This document shows positions 8,911 through 19,538 of a stretch of 64,000 nt of DNA, piece by piece. Numbering within the stretch: position 1 is the stretch's first letter; each line of letters opens with the position of its first letter. Both the position numbers and the translations under genes were made by a program. The DNA is from Rhodospirillales bacterium. Its GTDB lineage: Bacteria; Pseudomonadota; Alphaproteobacteria; Kiloniellales; JACOMY01. The stretch lies in assembly GCA_965202755.1 (NCBI GenBank), contig CBDBCL010000008.1:30702-94701 (forward strand), read 5' to 3'. Under the pieces are notes generated by a model. That model was not told where the DNA came from and did no database searches. It was given only the letters and a program-made list of their open reading frames with translations.

Positions 8911-9862
8911 CTATTGGATCCAGCCGGACCAGCGCGGCTCATTGGTCTCCATCCATTCGGCCACGACCTCCTCGACCGTGCGGCCGTTCAGATCGACGTT
9001 GGCCACCATGGCACCTATCTCGTCGTTGTTCACGGTGAAGGCCTCAATCGCCTTGTGCGCACCCGGCCACTTGTCCCTTACACCGGCCCAGGCGACCTTC
9101 CAGATCGGACCGCGCGGCTTGCCGCAGTCGTAGGCCTCCGTCGGGATTCAGGCCCCATTCGGGATCGGCGTAGCACTCGGCTGCGTAGGTGGGAAACTCG
9201 ACCCACTCGCCTTCATACTTCACTGGCGCCCAATGCGGGGCATAAACCCAAAGCAGCACCGGTGCCTTGCGCTGATAGGCCGATTCCAGCTCGGCGAAGA
9301 GGGCTGCGTCGGTGCCGGCATGCACCACCTCGATCGGCAGTTCCAGAGCGGCGGCGCGTTCGTCGTCATAGCCGCCCCAGGTCACCGGCCCGCCGAGATA
9401 GCGGCCAAGCGGCGCAGTCTCGGCTGTCGAGAAGGCTTCCGCGCAGGCCTCGTCCAGCAAGGCCTCCCAGTTCGGCAGCCCCGGGCAGACCTCCTTCATA
9501 TAGAGCGGGTACCACCACTCCTCGATCGCCTGCATGCCGGTCTCGCCGAGGTTAACCACCTTGCCGGTGGCGGTCGCCTCATCCATGGCGTCGCGGCCGG
9601 TGGTCTCCCAAATCTCCATCGCCACGTCGAGGTCGCCGGTCTTCAGGCCGGCGAACTGGGCGATATAGTCGGCCTGCACGTAGTCGACGTTGTAGCCGGC
9701 CTTCTTCAGGACCTCGCCCATGATCTGCGTGGTGATCAACTGGCCGGTCCAGTCGTGCAAGGTTAGCTTGATCGGGTCGTTCGACTCGACCTCGGCCTGT
9801 GCGTGCCAGGGGGCAAAGGCCAGCGCTGCGGCCAAAGCCACCGCCGGCAGTGATCTCTGCAT
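8911..9862 (-). pseudogene. glycine betaine/choline-type ABC substrate-binding protein with a single frameshift
   Basis: Signal peptide MQRSLPAVALAAALAFAPWHAQA and an OpuAC/ProX-like body. After ...ADPEWGLNP the sensible reading continues in another frame: TEAYDCGKPRGPIWKVAWAGVRDKWPGAHKAIEAFTVNNDEIGAMVANVDLNGRTVEEVVAEWMETNEPRWSGWIQ*. The span is 3n+1 nt. The extra base is in the GGG run at 9143-9145. Confidence 0.8.
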
Positions 9863-10152
9863 CGTGTTGTCTCCCTCTCGTTCGGGTCCCTTGCGAGGAT
9901 GAGGCTCCTCAGAGCCCTACCCTCTGGCCCAGTCTTATTGCCGAAGTGCGCAGTCTCCCGAGTGGAGTCCGCGACCTCCCGACAGGCAGCAAGTCTGCGG
10001 GCACGTTCGGCTGCCGTCAATTGTCGATGTGGTATTGTTTTGAGTTTTTGCCCATATTTGTGGTTTTGGCGCTGTAAAGGAGTCCTTATCCTAGAGGTGC
10101 CAGATCAAAAGGGCAAAGACGCAGGCCATCCGCTCGTTAAACAAGGGTCCCG

Positions 10153-10899
10153 ATGAAGCAGAGTCCCCGGCAAAGCAGCATTCTGCGCAGTGTGCAGCAG
10201 CATGGTACGGTGCGTATCGGCCAACTGGCCGACGAGATGGCGGTGTCGCTGGAAACCATCCGCCGCGACATCCGCCCACTGGTCGAGGGAGGGACGCTGG
10301 TCAAGCTGCACGGTGCCGTCAGCTTGATCGAGGCGCCCTTCGAGCGCCGTCTTCGCGAGCGCTCGAAGGAGAAGCAGGCGATCGCGCGGCATGTCGCCGC
10401 TCAGATTGCCGACGGCGACAGCGTGATGATGGATACCGGCACGACGACCAGCATTCTGGCCCGCGAGCTGCTGTCGAAGAGCTGCTTGACCATTGTCACC
10501 AACTCCTCCGACGTCGCGCGAACCCTGGCGACGGTGAACGGCAACCGTGTCTACATGGCTGGTGGCGAGCTGCATGGCGACAACGGGGCCGCCTTCGGCC
10601 CTTCGGCCATCGCCTTCGTGTCCAGCTTCAAGGTGCGCTATGCAGTGATCTTGATCTCTGCGGTCGATGCCGAGGGCGGTCTTATGGATCAGCAGCTCGC
10701 CGAGGCCGAGTTCGCCCGCAAGGTACTGGAGTGCGGCCGAAAACGCTTGGTCATTACCGACCATGGCAAATTCGACAGAACCGCCCTGGTGCGAGTCGCC
10801 GCCTTCGAGGAGATCGATGTTCTAGTCAGTGATCAGGAGCCGCCGGCACCTTTGGCCGCCAAACTGCTGGCGGCGGGGATCAAGGTCGAAGTGGCCTAG
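10153..10899 (+). CDS. DeoR/GlpR family transcriptional regulator
   Basis: N-terminal HTH (RQSSILRSVQQHGTVRIGQLADEMAVSLETIRRDI) plus a DeoR C-terminal sensor domain. 248 aa. Confidence 0.85.
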   Translation: MKQSPRQSSILRSVQQHGTVRIGQLADEMAVSLETIRRDIRPLVEGGTLVKLHGAVSLIEAPFERRLRERSKEKQAIARHVAAQIADGDSVMMDTGTTTSILARELLSKSCLTIVTNSSDVARTLATVNGNRVYMAGGELHGDNGAAFGPSAIAFVSSFKVRYAVILISAVDAEGGLMDQQLAEAEFARKVLECGRKRLVITDHGKFDRTALVRVAAFEEIDVLVSDQEPPAPLAAKLLAAGIKVEVA

Positions 10900-10908
10900 T
10901 GGTCCGAT

Positions 10909-10935
10909 CGAAACGCTTGTTGCCCAAGCGTTTCG
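10909..10935. terminator. perfect 11-bp hairpin between convergent genes
   Basis: CGAAACGCTTG ttgcc CAAGCGTTTCG lies between the DeoR stop (10899) and the SDR stop (10955). There is no strong U tract on either side. Confidence 0.5.
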
Positions 10936-10954
10936 TGAATCGACCCACTAAGCG

Positions 10955-11704
10955 CTACTTGTCGCCGGTCGGCGTTACGGTGATCTCGGCAATATTGATT
11001 CGCGCGGGCTGTTCCAATGCGAAGAGGGCGGCCGCGGCGATGTCGTCGGATTCCAAGACTGCCGGCCAGGAATCGTAGAAGGCCTCGGCCTTGGTCTCGT
11101 CGCCTTGATGACGGGCGGCGGCAAAGCCGGTCCGAACCATGCCAGGCATAACCTCGGTGATGCGCAGACCGCTTGTTCTGAAATCCAGGCGCAAGGATCT
11201 GGCAAAGGCGTGGACCGCATGCTTGCTGGCGGCATAGACGCTGCCGGCTGGATAGACCATCTGGCCGGCGATTGAGCCCAGAATGACGAGATGGCCGCGG
11301 TCACGTGCGAGCATGCCGGGAAGAACGGCATGGCAAACGCGCATGACGCCGGTCACGTTGGTCTCGATGGTCTGGGACCAGTCCTCGATTGTACCGGCAT
11401 CGAAGGCGCGTCGGCCGCCGACATCCGATCCGGCGTTGGTGATCAGGACATCGACCTCGCGCCAGCCCTCGGGCAGGCTGTCGGGCAGGCCGGCGACGCC
11501 CGCCCCGTCGGTGACATCGAGCGGTAGGATCAAAACGGCATCGCCTCGCTCGGCAAAGGCCGCCTCCAAGGTTTCGCGCCGGCGCGCCGCTGCGATCACG
11601 CGCAGGCCTTTGGCCAGCAAACGCTCGGCCGTGGCCAAGCCGATACCGCTGCTGGCGCCGGTCACCATGGCGACGGCGCCGCTCCTCAAGATCTCTTGTG
11701 TCAT
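10955..11704 (-). CDS. SDR family oxidoreductase
   Basis: TGASSGIG cofactor motif, YAASK catalytic motif, 249 aa. Confidence 0.85.
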   Translation of the reverse strand: MTQEILRSGAVAMVTGASSGIGLATAERLLAKGLRVIAAARRRETLEAAFAERGDAVLILPLDVTDGAGVAGLPDSLPEGWREVDVLITNAGSDVGGRRAFDAGTIEDWSQTIETNVTGVMRVCHAVLPGMLARDRGHLVILGSIAGQMVYPAGSVYAASKHAVHAFARSLRLDFRTSGLRITEVMPGMVRTGFAAARHQGDETKAEAFYDSWPAVLESDDIAAAALFALEQPARINIAEITVTPTGDK

Positions 11705-11711
11705 CTGCTGC

Positions 11712-13136
11712 TCACTGGAATGTCGGGCGGCGCTCGGCCGTATCGAACAGGGGTACCGCGCTCTCGTAGGCTAGGCCAGCCTTGAAGACGCCGATGTCGT
11801 CGTAGGTGCGCCCGACGATCTGGATTCCGGTCGGCACGCCGTTCGAGGCTCGCCCGGACGGCACGGCAAGAACCGGGCAGCGGCTCAAGGTGTTGAAGGG
11901 GTAGGTCATCAGCCAGAACCAGGGATCCAGGCTCTTGCCGTTCACTTCGAAGCGGTCGCACGACTGATCCCAGTCGGCCGGAACTGCGGGGGCGGCCAGG
12001 GTCGGGCAAACGAAGATGTCGTGCTCTTTCATGATCGGCCCGAATGTCGTGTACATGTCCGCCGCCCCCTCCAGAGAGGCGAAGAAGGCACGGGCCGAGT
12101 GGTTTCGGGCGGATTCGGCGAAGGCGCGGGCGTAGCTCGTCATCGCATAGGCGTGGCGATCGTAATAGGTTTCGATGAAGACGCCGAAAATGTGGTTCAG
12201 GTGGTTCATCGCGGTGCTGATGGCATCGGCGGTCCAGCCGACATCGACCTCCTCGACCGTGGCGCCCAGGTCGCGGAAGACCTGGAGCGCCGTCTCGGTG
12301 TTTTTCCGCACCTCGGGATCGACCTCATAGAAGCCCAGATCCATGGAGGTCGCGATCTTCAAGCCCTTGATGCCCTCAGGGTTTTCGATCGGCACTCTGA
12401 TTCTGGGTCTGAGCGATACGATGTCGGCCTCGTGCGGACCGCAGAGCACATTGAACATCAAGCCGGCGTCGGCGACGCTGCGCGCCAAGGGGCCTTGGTG
12501 GCTGTAGGTGTCCAGATTGAAGGGTGGGTCTTCGGGAATGCGGCCGTAGGTCGGCTTGAAGCCGACGACCCCGGCGCAGGAGGCGGGAATACGGACCGAT
12601 CCGCCGATGTCGCTGCCCGAGGCCAAGGTGGTGATACCCGACGCCAGAGCCGCGCTGGAGCCGCCGGAGGAGCCACCGGGCGTATAATCCGGGTTCCAGG
12701 GGTTGCGGGTCACGCCATGCAATAAGGACCAGCAGACGCCGGAGCAGGAGAACTCCGGCGTGGCAGTGCGCATATGCACCAAGGCGCCGGCTCTCATCAG
12801 GCGGCGGTTACAGATGCTTGTGGTCGTCGCGACCGCATCCTTGGCAAAGACCGAGCCGTTGGTGGTGATCTTGCCCCTAATGGATGATTCGTCCTTGATT
12901 GCCACCGGCAGGCCTTCGAGTGGCCGCGCCTCGTCGTTGGCATAGCGCTTGGCCGCGTTTTGGGTCTGCACACGCGCTTCGTCGAAGTAGCGGTCGGTCA
13001 GGGCATTGACGACCGGTTCGGTCTTTTCACTGCGCGCGATCTGTGCGTTGAGCAGCTCCAGCGGTGACAGGCTCTTGTCCTCAAAGCGCCTCAGGGCCTC
13101 GGTTGCGGTTACATAGCAAAGGTCTTCGTCGGACAT
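11712..13136 (-). CDS. amidase (amidase-signature family)
   Basis: GGSSGGSSAALASG amidase-signature stretch, about 474 aa. Start moved to the ATG at 13136 (MSDEDLCYVTATEAL). Confidence 0.85.
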   Translation of the reverse strand: MSDEDLCYVTATEALRRFEDKSLSPLELLNAQIARSEKTEPVVNALTDRYFDEARVQTQNAAKRYANDEARPLEGLPVAIKDESSIRGKITTNGSVFAKDAVATTTSICNRRLMRAGALVHMRTATPEFSCSGVCWSLLHGVTRNPWNPDYTPGGSSGGSSAALASGITTLASGSDIGGSVRIPASCAGVVGFKPTYGRIPEDPPFNLDTYSHQGPLARSVADAGLMFNVLCGPHEADIVSLRPRIRVPIENPEGIKGLKIATSMDLGFYEVDPEVRKNTETALQVFRDLGATVEEVDVGWTADAISTAMNHLNHIFGVFIETYYDRHAYAMTSYARAFAESARNHSARAFFASLEGAADMYTTFGPIMKEHDIFVCPTLAAPAVPADWDQSCDRFEVNGKSLDPWFWLMTYPFNTLSRCPVLAVPSGRASNGVPTGIQIVGRTYDDIGVFKAGLAYESAVPLFDTAERRPTFQ

Positions 13137-13268
13137 CGTCAGCTCCCGTCGGCGGCGATAGGGGTGGGAGACCATAACAGCGACGCCCCTCAATTCGGCA
13201 AGATCTTATCGCAGAAGAGGTCGCGTTCGCCTTATGCTTGCTATCGCTGTTGCTAATGAAAGATGAGC

Positions 13269-14012
13269 CTAACGCCGGATGAGGCGATCTTCGAAGGCAC
13301 TGCGGGCTTGCCAGCCGTGGCGTTCCAACTCCGGGTCGAGATGCTCCTCGATCGGAAAGCCGATGCAGAGATAGGCGATAAAGCGCCAATGCGAGGGTAC
13401 CTCCAGATCGCGCTTGACGGCCTCCGGATCCAGGATCGAGAGCCAGCCGAGGCCGATGCCTTCGGCGCGGGCGGCCAGCCACAGTGTGTGGATGGCGCCG
13501 ACGACCGAATAGGCCAAGGTTTCCGGCATGGTCGCTCGTCCGAGCCCCTGGCCTTGTGCGCAGTCCTCGTCGCAGAAGGCGGCAAGCTGCAGCGGCGCGT
13601 GATCCAGGCCTTCCAGCTTGAGCCTGGCGTAGAGCGCGGCACGCTCGCCGAAGTAGCTGGCCAGCGCCTCGAGGTTGCACTGCTCGAAGTTGCTCCGGAT
13701 CGCCGCACGGGCGGCCGGACTCTCGACGACGACGAATCGCCAAGGCTGGGCATTGCCGACCGATGGTGCCATCTCCGCGTAACCCACCAGTCGCTCAAGA
13801 GTCCCTTCTGCCAAGGTATCGTCGCGGAAGCGGCGCACGTCGCGGCGCCAGGCGAAGAGTGCGCTCAGGCGGTCTTGGAAGGCTGCGTCAAAGGTCGGAC
13901 GAGCAGGAAGGTCAAGCGTCACAGGCACTCCTCGCCAAAGCTGTGGGCTATCTGCCCTGTCTTGCCGCTCTCCAGCAAATGATCGCGGATTGCTGTTTAA
14001 ATTTGTCCGCAT
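13269..14012 (-). CDS. bluB: 5,6-dimethylbenzimidazole synthase (nitroreductase fold)
   Basis: Colinear with my memory of S. meliloti BluB: RRDVRRF...APSVGNAQPWRFVVV...YARLKLEGLDHAPLQLAAFCD...LWLAARAEGIGLGWLSI...PELERHGWQAR. Start ATG at 14012; an alternative downstream start is possible. Confidence 0.8.
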   Translation of the reverse strand: MRTNLNSNPRSFAGERQDRADSPQLWRGVPVTLDLPARPTFDAAFQDRLSALFAWRRDVRRFRDDTLAEGTLERLVGYAEMAPSVGNAQPWRFVVVESPAARAAIRSNFEQCNLEALASYFGERAALYARLKLEGLDHAPLQLAAFCDEDCAQGQGLGRATMPETLAYSVVGAIHTLWLAARAEGIGLGWLSILDPEAVKRDLEVPSHWRFIAYLCIGFPIEEHLDPELERHGWQARSAFEDRLIRR

Positions 14013-14054
14013 GCTTTTGACACAGGGCAGCCATTGCATTCGAGTGCACGCTTC

Positions 14055-14082
14055 TGTTAAAGACACACTTGTTAAAGACACA
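14055..14082. promoter_or_regulatory. direct repeat TGTTAAAGACACA x2 (15-bp period) in the bluB / ABC-operon divergent intergenic
   Basis: 14055-14067 equals 14070-14082, in an AT-rich 95-bp divergent promoter region. Confidence 0.4.
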
Positions 14083-14107
14083 TTCAATAAGCTGGGAGAA
14101 GACTGGG

Positions 14108-15698
14108 ATGAGCAAGAAGATTCTGGGTTCGAATGGCGAGCATCTGGCGCTGTCGCGCCGCGACCTGCTTGTGGGCGCCAGTGCGCTAGGCTTGGCGGCC
14201 GGCGGACTTGGCACACTCGCTTTGCCGGCCAAGGCGGCGGAACCGAAGAAGGGCGGCACCCTGCGCTATGGCTGTGCGCACGGTTCGACGACCGACAACC
14301 TCGATCCGGCGACCTACGAGAACGACTTTATGATCGGCATGTCCTTAGCCTTCATGAACTTCCTGACCGAAATCGGTACCGACGGCAACCTGCAGCCGGA
14401 ACTGGCGGAAAGCTTGGGAGGCTTCGGCCGACGCCAAGACCTGGATCTTCAAGCTGCGCAAAGGCGTCCAGTTCCACAACGGCAAGGAAATGACCGCCGA
14501 GGATGTGATTGCCTCCTTCAATCATCATCGCGGCGAGGAGTCCAACTCGGCAGCGAAGCCAATCGTCGCGCCGATTGTCGACATCACCGCAGACGATACC
14601 CACACGGTGATCTTCTCCTTGAAGGGCGGAGACGCGGATTTCCCCTTCATCGTCAGCGACTATCACATTGGCATCATGCCCTCGGACGGCGGCAAGATCG
14701 ATCCGAGCAAGGGCATCGGCACCGGTCCCTACGTCATTCAGGAGTACGATCCCGGCGTTCGGGCGCTGCTCTCCAAGAATCCCAACTACTTCAAGAGCGA
14801 TCGCGGTCACTTCGACGAGATTCTCTTCCTCTCGATTATCGACCCGGCGGCACGCACCAACGCGATGATCACCGGCGAGGTCGACACCATCAGCCGCCCC
14901 GGATCTGAAGACCGTGCACATGTTGAAGCGGCGCCCGGGGGTGAAGCTGGAAGAAGCGTCGGGAACCCTTCACTACACCTTCCCCATGCATGTCGACGTG
15001 GCGCCCTTCAACGATCCCAATGTGCGTTTGGCATTGAAGAACGGCCTGGACCGGCAGCAGTTGGTGGACAAAGTCCTGCGCGGTTACGGCGTCGTCGGCA
15101 ACGACCATCCGATCGGGGCGCTCCAATCGCTTCTACGCTGCCGACCTGGAGCAGCGGACCTTCGACCCCGACAAGGCGAAATTCCACCTGAAGGAAGCCG
15201 GCATGAGCGATCTGAAGGTCGATCTGCACGTTGCTGACGCAGCTTTCCAAGGTGCGGTCGACGCCGGCCTGCTCTATTCCGAGGATGCCGCCAAGGCGGG
15301 GATCACCTTGAACATCGTGCGCGAGCCGAATGACGGCTATTGGTCCAACGTCTGGTTGGTGAAGCCCTTCTGTGCCTGCTATTGGGGCGGCCGACCGACC
15401 GAGGACTGGATGTTCTCGACTGCCTATGCCAAGGGCGCTCCCTGGAATGACACGCACTGGGCCAACGAGGGTTTCAACGAGCTTCTGGTCCAGGCCCGCG
15501 CCGAGCTCGACAACGACAAGCGTCGCGACATGTATCACGAGATGCAGGCGCTCTGTCGCGACGACGGCGGCACCGTCGTGCCGATGTTCTCCAAACTACG
15601 TCATGGCCATGAGCGAGAATGTCGAGTTCGACGGCATGGCAGCGAATTGGGATATGGACGGCCACAAGTTCACCGAGCGCTGGTGGTTTGCCTCCTGA
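14108..15698 (+). pseudogene. family-5 (peptide/nickel, DppA-like) ABC substrate-binding protein, 4 frameshifts
   Basis: Tat-like signal (SRRDLLVGASALGLAAGG), then a colinear SBP_bac_5 reading across frames 2>0>1>2>0. The span is 3n+4 nt. Each lesion lengthens a homopolymer: TT 14414-15, CCCC 14897-900, GGGG 15115-18, AAA 15593-95. Confidence 0.85.
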
Positions 15699-15892
15699 GT
15701 CGAAAACTTAGGCGCGAAGGCGACGGTTTTTTGCCTATCAGCGCCGGAGCGTCAAGGGCGCCTTGCCAGCCGCTCCGGCTCGCGCTTAGTCTTTGCATGC
15801 ATAGGTCGCTTGCGGGCGGCGCATGACAAATCGGCGGGCAACGCCGTGGTGAGACATCGACTAACAAAAAGGGGGGCGGCCGCGCCGCAAGC

Positions 15893-16847
15893 ATGCACCC
15901 GATTCTAAAAATGACACTGCAGCGTCTGGGGCTGGGCCTCGTGACGCTGTTCGTGGTCTCCGTCATCATTTTCGCCGCAGTCGAGATGCTGCCCGGCGAT
16001 CTGGCGCAGGAGATCCTAGGACAGTCGGCCACACCGGAAACGGTGGCGGCCTTTCGCCGTCAGCTGGGGCTGGATCTGCCTTGGTACACCCGCTACTTCG
16101 ATTGGTTGGGCAACATTCTGACCGGTGATCTGGGACGCTCGCTGGCCAGCAACCGAGAGATCTCGGAGTTGATCGGCACGCGGCTGAGCAACACGCTCTT
16201 CCTGGCAGGCTTGGCGGCCGTGATCGCCGTGCCTCTGGCGCTCACTCTGGGCATCATGGCGGCGCTCTATCGGAACTCAATCTTCGATCGCATGGTGAAC
16301 GTCTTCACCCTTTCGGCGATCTCCTTCCCCGAGTTCTTCGTCGCCTACATCCTGATCCTCTTCCTGTCGGTCAACGCCGGTTGGTTCCCCTCGATTTCCA
16401 ACATCGGCCAAGACACCTCTTCGGAGATCAGGTCTATCGCACCCTGCTTCCGGCCTTGACGCTGTCGGCGGTGGTGACGGCGCACATGATGCGGATGACG
16501 CGCGCTGCGATCATCAACCTCCTGGCCGCGCCCTATATCGAGATGGCAAGGCTGAAGGGTATTCCGGCAAGACGGATCATCGTGCATCACGCCGTGCCGA
16601 ACGCCCTGGCGCCGATCGTCAACGTGGTCGCCTTGAACCTGGCCTATCTGGTCGTCGGCGTGGTCTTGGTCGAGTGGTCTTCGTCTACCCGGGCCTCGGA
16701 CAGTTGCTGGTCGACTCGGTGGCGAAACGCGACATCACCGTGGTGCAGGCCTGTAGCCTAGTCTTCGCTGCAACATACATCCTCCTCAACCTCACTGCGG
16801 ACATTCTCTCGATCATGAGTAACCCGCGTCTTCTGCATCCGAGGTAA
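15893..16847 (+). pseudogene. DppB-like ABC permease, 2 frameshifts
   Basis: The reading ...GWFPSISNIGQDTS|FGDQVYRTLLPALTL...VVLVE|VVFVYPGLGQLLVDSVAKRDITVVQ...NPRLLHPR* needs 1-nt additions at TT 16420-21 and G 16674. The span is 3n-2 nt. Confidence 0.85.
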
Positions 16848-16850
16848 GCG

Positions 16851-17684
16851 GTGATGATGACAAACATTTGGAAAGAGCTGAAAAAGGCGCCGTTTACCGC
16901 CTGGTTCGGCATGATCGTCATCGCGATCTACATCTTCGTCTCGATCTTTGCAGGCGCCTTGGCGCCATTCGGCGAGACCGAGGTGGTGGGTTACGAGTAC
17001 GAACCTGGGGCGGAGACTACCTGCTGGGAACCGACAATCTAGGCCGCGACATGTTCTCACGTCTGCTTTACGGCGCGCAGAACACCGTCGCGATCGCGAT
17101 CGTCACCACCTTCCTGGCCTTCTTCTTAGGCGGCCTTCTGGGCCTCTTGGCGGCTTCTCTGGGTGGTTTCCTGGATCAGGCGCTCAGTCGTCTCATGGAT
17201 GTTCTGATGGCCATTCCGCAGCTGATCTTCGCATTGCTGCTGCTGACCATCTTCGGCACCAACCTGGTGAACATGGTGATCGTGATCGCGGTTCTCGACT
17301 CGACCCGCGTGTTCCGCCTGGCGCGTGCGGTGGCGATGAACATCGTGGTGATGGACTATGTCGAGGTGGCGAAGCTGCGCGGTGAGGGCCTCTGGTACCA
17401 GATCCGCCATGAGGTGCTGCCGAACGCCATGGCGCCGTTGGTGGCCGAGTTCGGCCTGCGTTTCTGCTTCGTGTTCCTCTTCATCGCCGCCTTGAGCTTC
17501 CTGGGCCTCGGCATTCAGCCGCCGACCGCCGACTGGGGGCTCGATGGTGCGTGACAACGCAACCCTAATCACCTTCGGCGATATCACGCCGCTGCTGCCG
17601 GCAGCAGCGATTGCGCTCTTGACCGTCGCGGTCAACTTCGTGGTCGACTGGATGCTGCATCGTGCCAGCGGCCTGAAAGAGTAG
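16851..17684 (+). pseudogene. DppC-like ABC permease, 2 frameshifts
   Basis: ...GETEVVGYEYEP|WGGDYLLGTDNLGRDMF...PPTADWG|SMVRDNATLITFGDITPLL...HRASGLKE*. Lesions are a -1 at CC 17004-05 and a +1 in the G5 run 17535-39. Confidence 0.85.
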
Positions 17685-17698
17685 AGGAGGACAGAAAG

Positions 17699-19359
17699 AT
17701 GTCTACCAGCAACCAAGAGGTCCTCCTCGACGTGAAAGGTCTTCGCATCGAAGGCCGTAGCAGCGAGGATTGGGACGAGATCGTGCACGGCATCGACCTC
17801 ACCCTGCACAAGGGTGAAGTGCTGGGCCTGATCGGCGAGTCCGGGGCCGGCAAGTCGACGATCGGACTTGCCGCCATGGGCTTCACCCGTGACGGCTGCC
17901 GGATCTCGGGCGGATCGGTGAAGTACGAGGGCGAGGAACTGGTCAACGGCGATCCGGACGCTCTGCGCAGGCTGCGCGGTTCCTCGATCGCCTATGTCGC
18001 ACAGTCGGCGGCGGCCTCCTTCAACCCGGCGCACAAGCTGATGGAGCAAACCATCGAGACGCCACTGCAGCACAATGTGATGAGCCGCAAGGATGCCGAA
18101 CGCGATGCCGTGGCGCTCTACCGGCGCATCCAACTGCCCAATCCGGACGAGATCGGCTTCCGCTATCCCCATCAGGTCTCGGGCGGACAGCTACAGCGTG
18201 CCATGACGGCGATGGCGATGACCTGCCGGCCCAATCTGATCGTGTTCGACGAGCCGACCACGGCGCTGGACGTGACCACGCAGATCGAAGTCTTGGCGGC
18301 GATCCGCGATGCGGTGGAGCAGTTCAACACGGCTGCCATCTACATCACCCACGATCTGGCGGTGGTGGCGCAGATGGCCGATCGCATCATGGTGCTGCGC
18401 TACGGCAATCTGGTGGAGGAGTCCGACACGCGCTCGATGTTGGGCGACCCGAAGGAGGACTACACCAAGTCGCTCTGGGCGGTTCGCTCCTTCCAGAAGG
18501 CCGAACCCTTCGTGCTCCAGCCCGACATGACACCGATCGTCGAGATCAAGAACGTGTCGGCTGCCTATGGTGACGTTCCGGTGCTCTTCGATGTCTCCTT
18601 CAAGGTGCACGAGAAGCAGACCGTGGCCGTGGTAGGCGAAAGCGGGTCGGGAAAATCGACGACCGCGCGCTGCATCACCGGGCTACTGCCGCCGAGCCAG
18701 GGAGACATCTTCTATCGCGGCCAGAAGCTGGCGGCGGCGACCAAGAGCCGCCCCGCGCGATCAACTGCGCCATATGCAGATGATCTATCAGATGCCGGAT
18801 ACGGCGCTCAATCCCAAGACGCGGGATCCGCGATATCATCGGTCGGCCGCTGACCTTCTATTTGGGTTTGACCGGGGCCAAGAAGACCGAGCGAATCCGC
18901 GACCTGCTGGCGGAAATCGAGTTGGAACCCTATCAGTTCATCGATCGCCTGCCAAGCGAGCTCTCCGGCGGTCAGAAGCAGCGTATCTGCATCGCCCGGG
19001 CGATGGCGGCCGAACCCTCGATGATCATCTGCGACGAGGTGACATCGGCTCTGGATCAGCTGGTGGCGGAGGGCATTCTGCGTCTGCTGGATCGTCTGCA
19101 GCGCGAATTCGGCCTGGCCTACATGTTCATCACCCACGATCTGGCCACGGTCCGCGCGATCGCCGACGAGGTCGTGGTGATGAAGCAAGGCAAGGTGGTG
19201 GAGTCCGGTGAGAAGAGCGATATCTTCCAGCCGCCGCACGATCCCTACACCGATCTGCTGCTCTCCTCGGTGCCGGAGATGGATCCCGATTGGCTGACGC
19301 AACTGCTGGCCGATCGTGCCGCCAAGGGCATGAGCTTCGAGCAAAGCTCCGGCAACTAG
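17699..19359 (+). pseudogene. fused double ATP-binding protein (DppD/DppF-like), 2 frameshifts
   Basis: Two Walker A motifs (GESGAGKST, GESGSGKST) and two signatures (VSGGQLQR, LSGGQKQR). Frames 2>0>1 with extra bases in CCCC 18751-54 and GGG 18823-25. The span is 3n+2 nt. Confidence 0.85.
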
Positions 19360-19378
19360 CCAAACTGTGCAATGTCGA

Positions 19379-19413
19379 AGAAGGCGGCTGGGACACATTT
19401 CCGGCCGCCTTCT
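19379..19413 (+). terminator. hairpin after the ABC operon
   Basis: AGAAGGCGGC...GCCGCCTTCT stem 20 nt after the stop at 19359. The U tract is weak (TCGCATT). Confidence 0.4.
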
Positions 19414-19538
19414 CGCATTAGGGTCCCAGCTATGCTCGGAGCCGGCAGCATTCACGGTCAATTGGCTGGAATCGCCGAGCATTGGCGGGCTAGAAGGTCT
19501 TCTCCGCGTCGCCGAATTCTGATCCAGGGAGATCCCCC

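Noticed and set aside
14013-14107. Cobalamin riboswitch upstream of bluB (and in the nrdJ leader, 32222-32498).
   Set aside because: The bluB upstream region is only about 95 nt and AT-rich, with no B12-box-like core. I could not find the conserved B12 box in the nrdJ leader either. An Infernal search would be decisive.
14108-19359. Programmed ribosomal frameshifting or transcriptional slippage rescuing the frameshifted genes.
   Set aside because: There are too many shifts per gene (2-4), in both directions, at short runs (1-6 nt). There are no shared slippery heptamers or downstream structures, and no long poly(A/T) tracts of the kind known to support transcriptional slippage.
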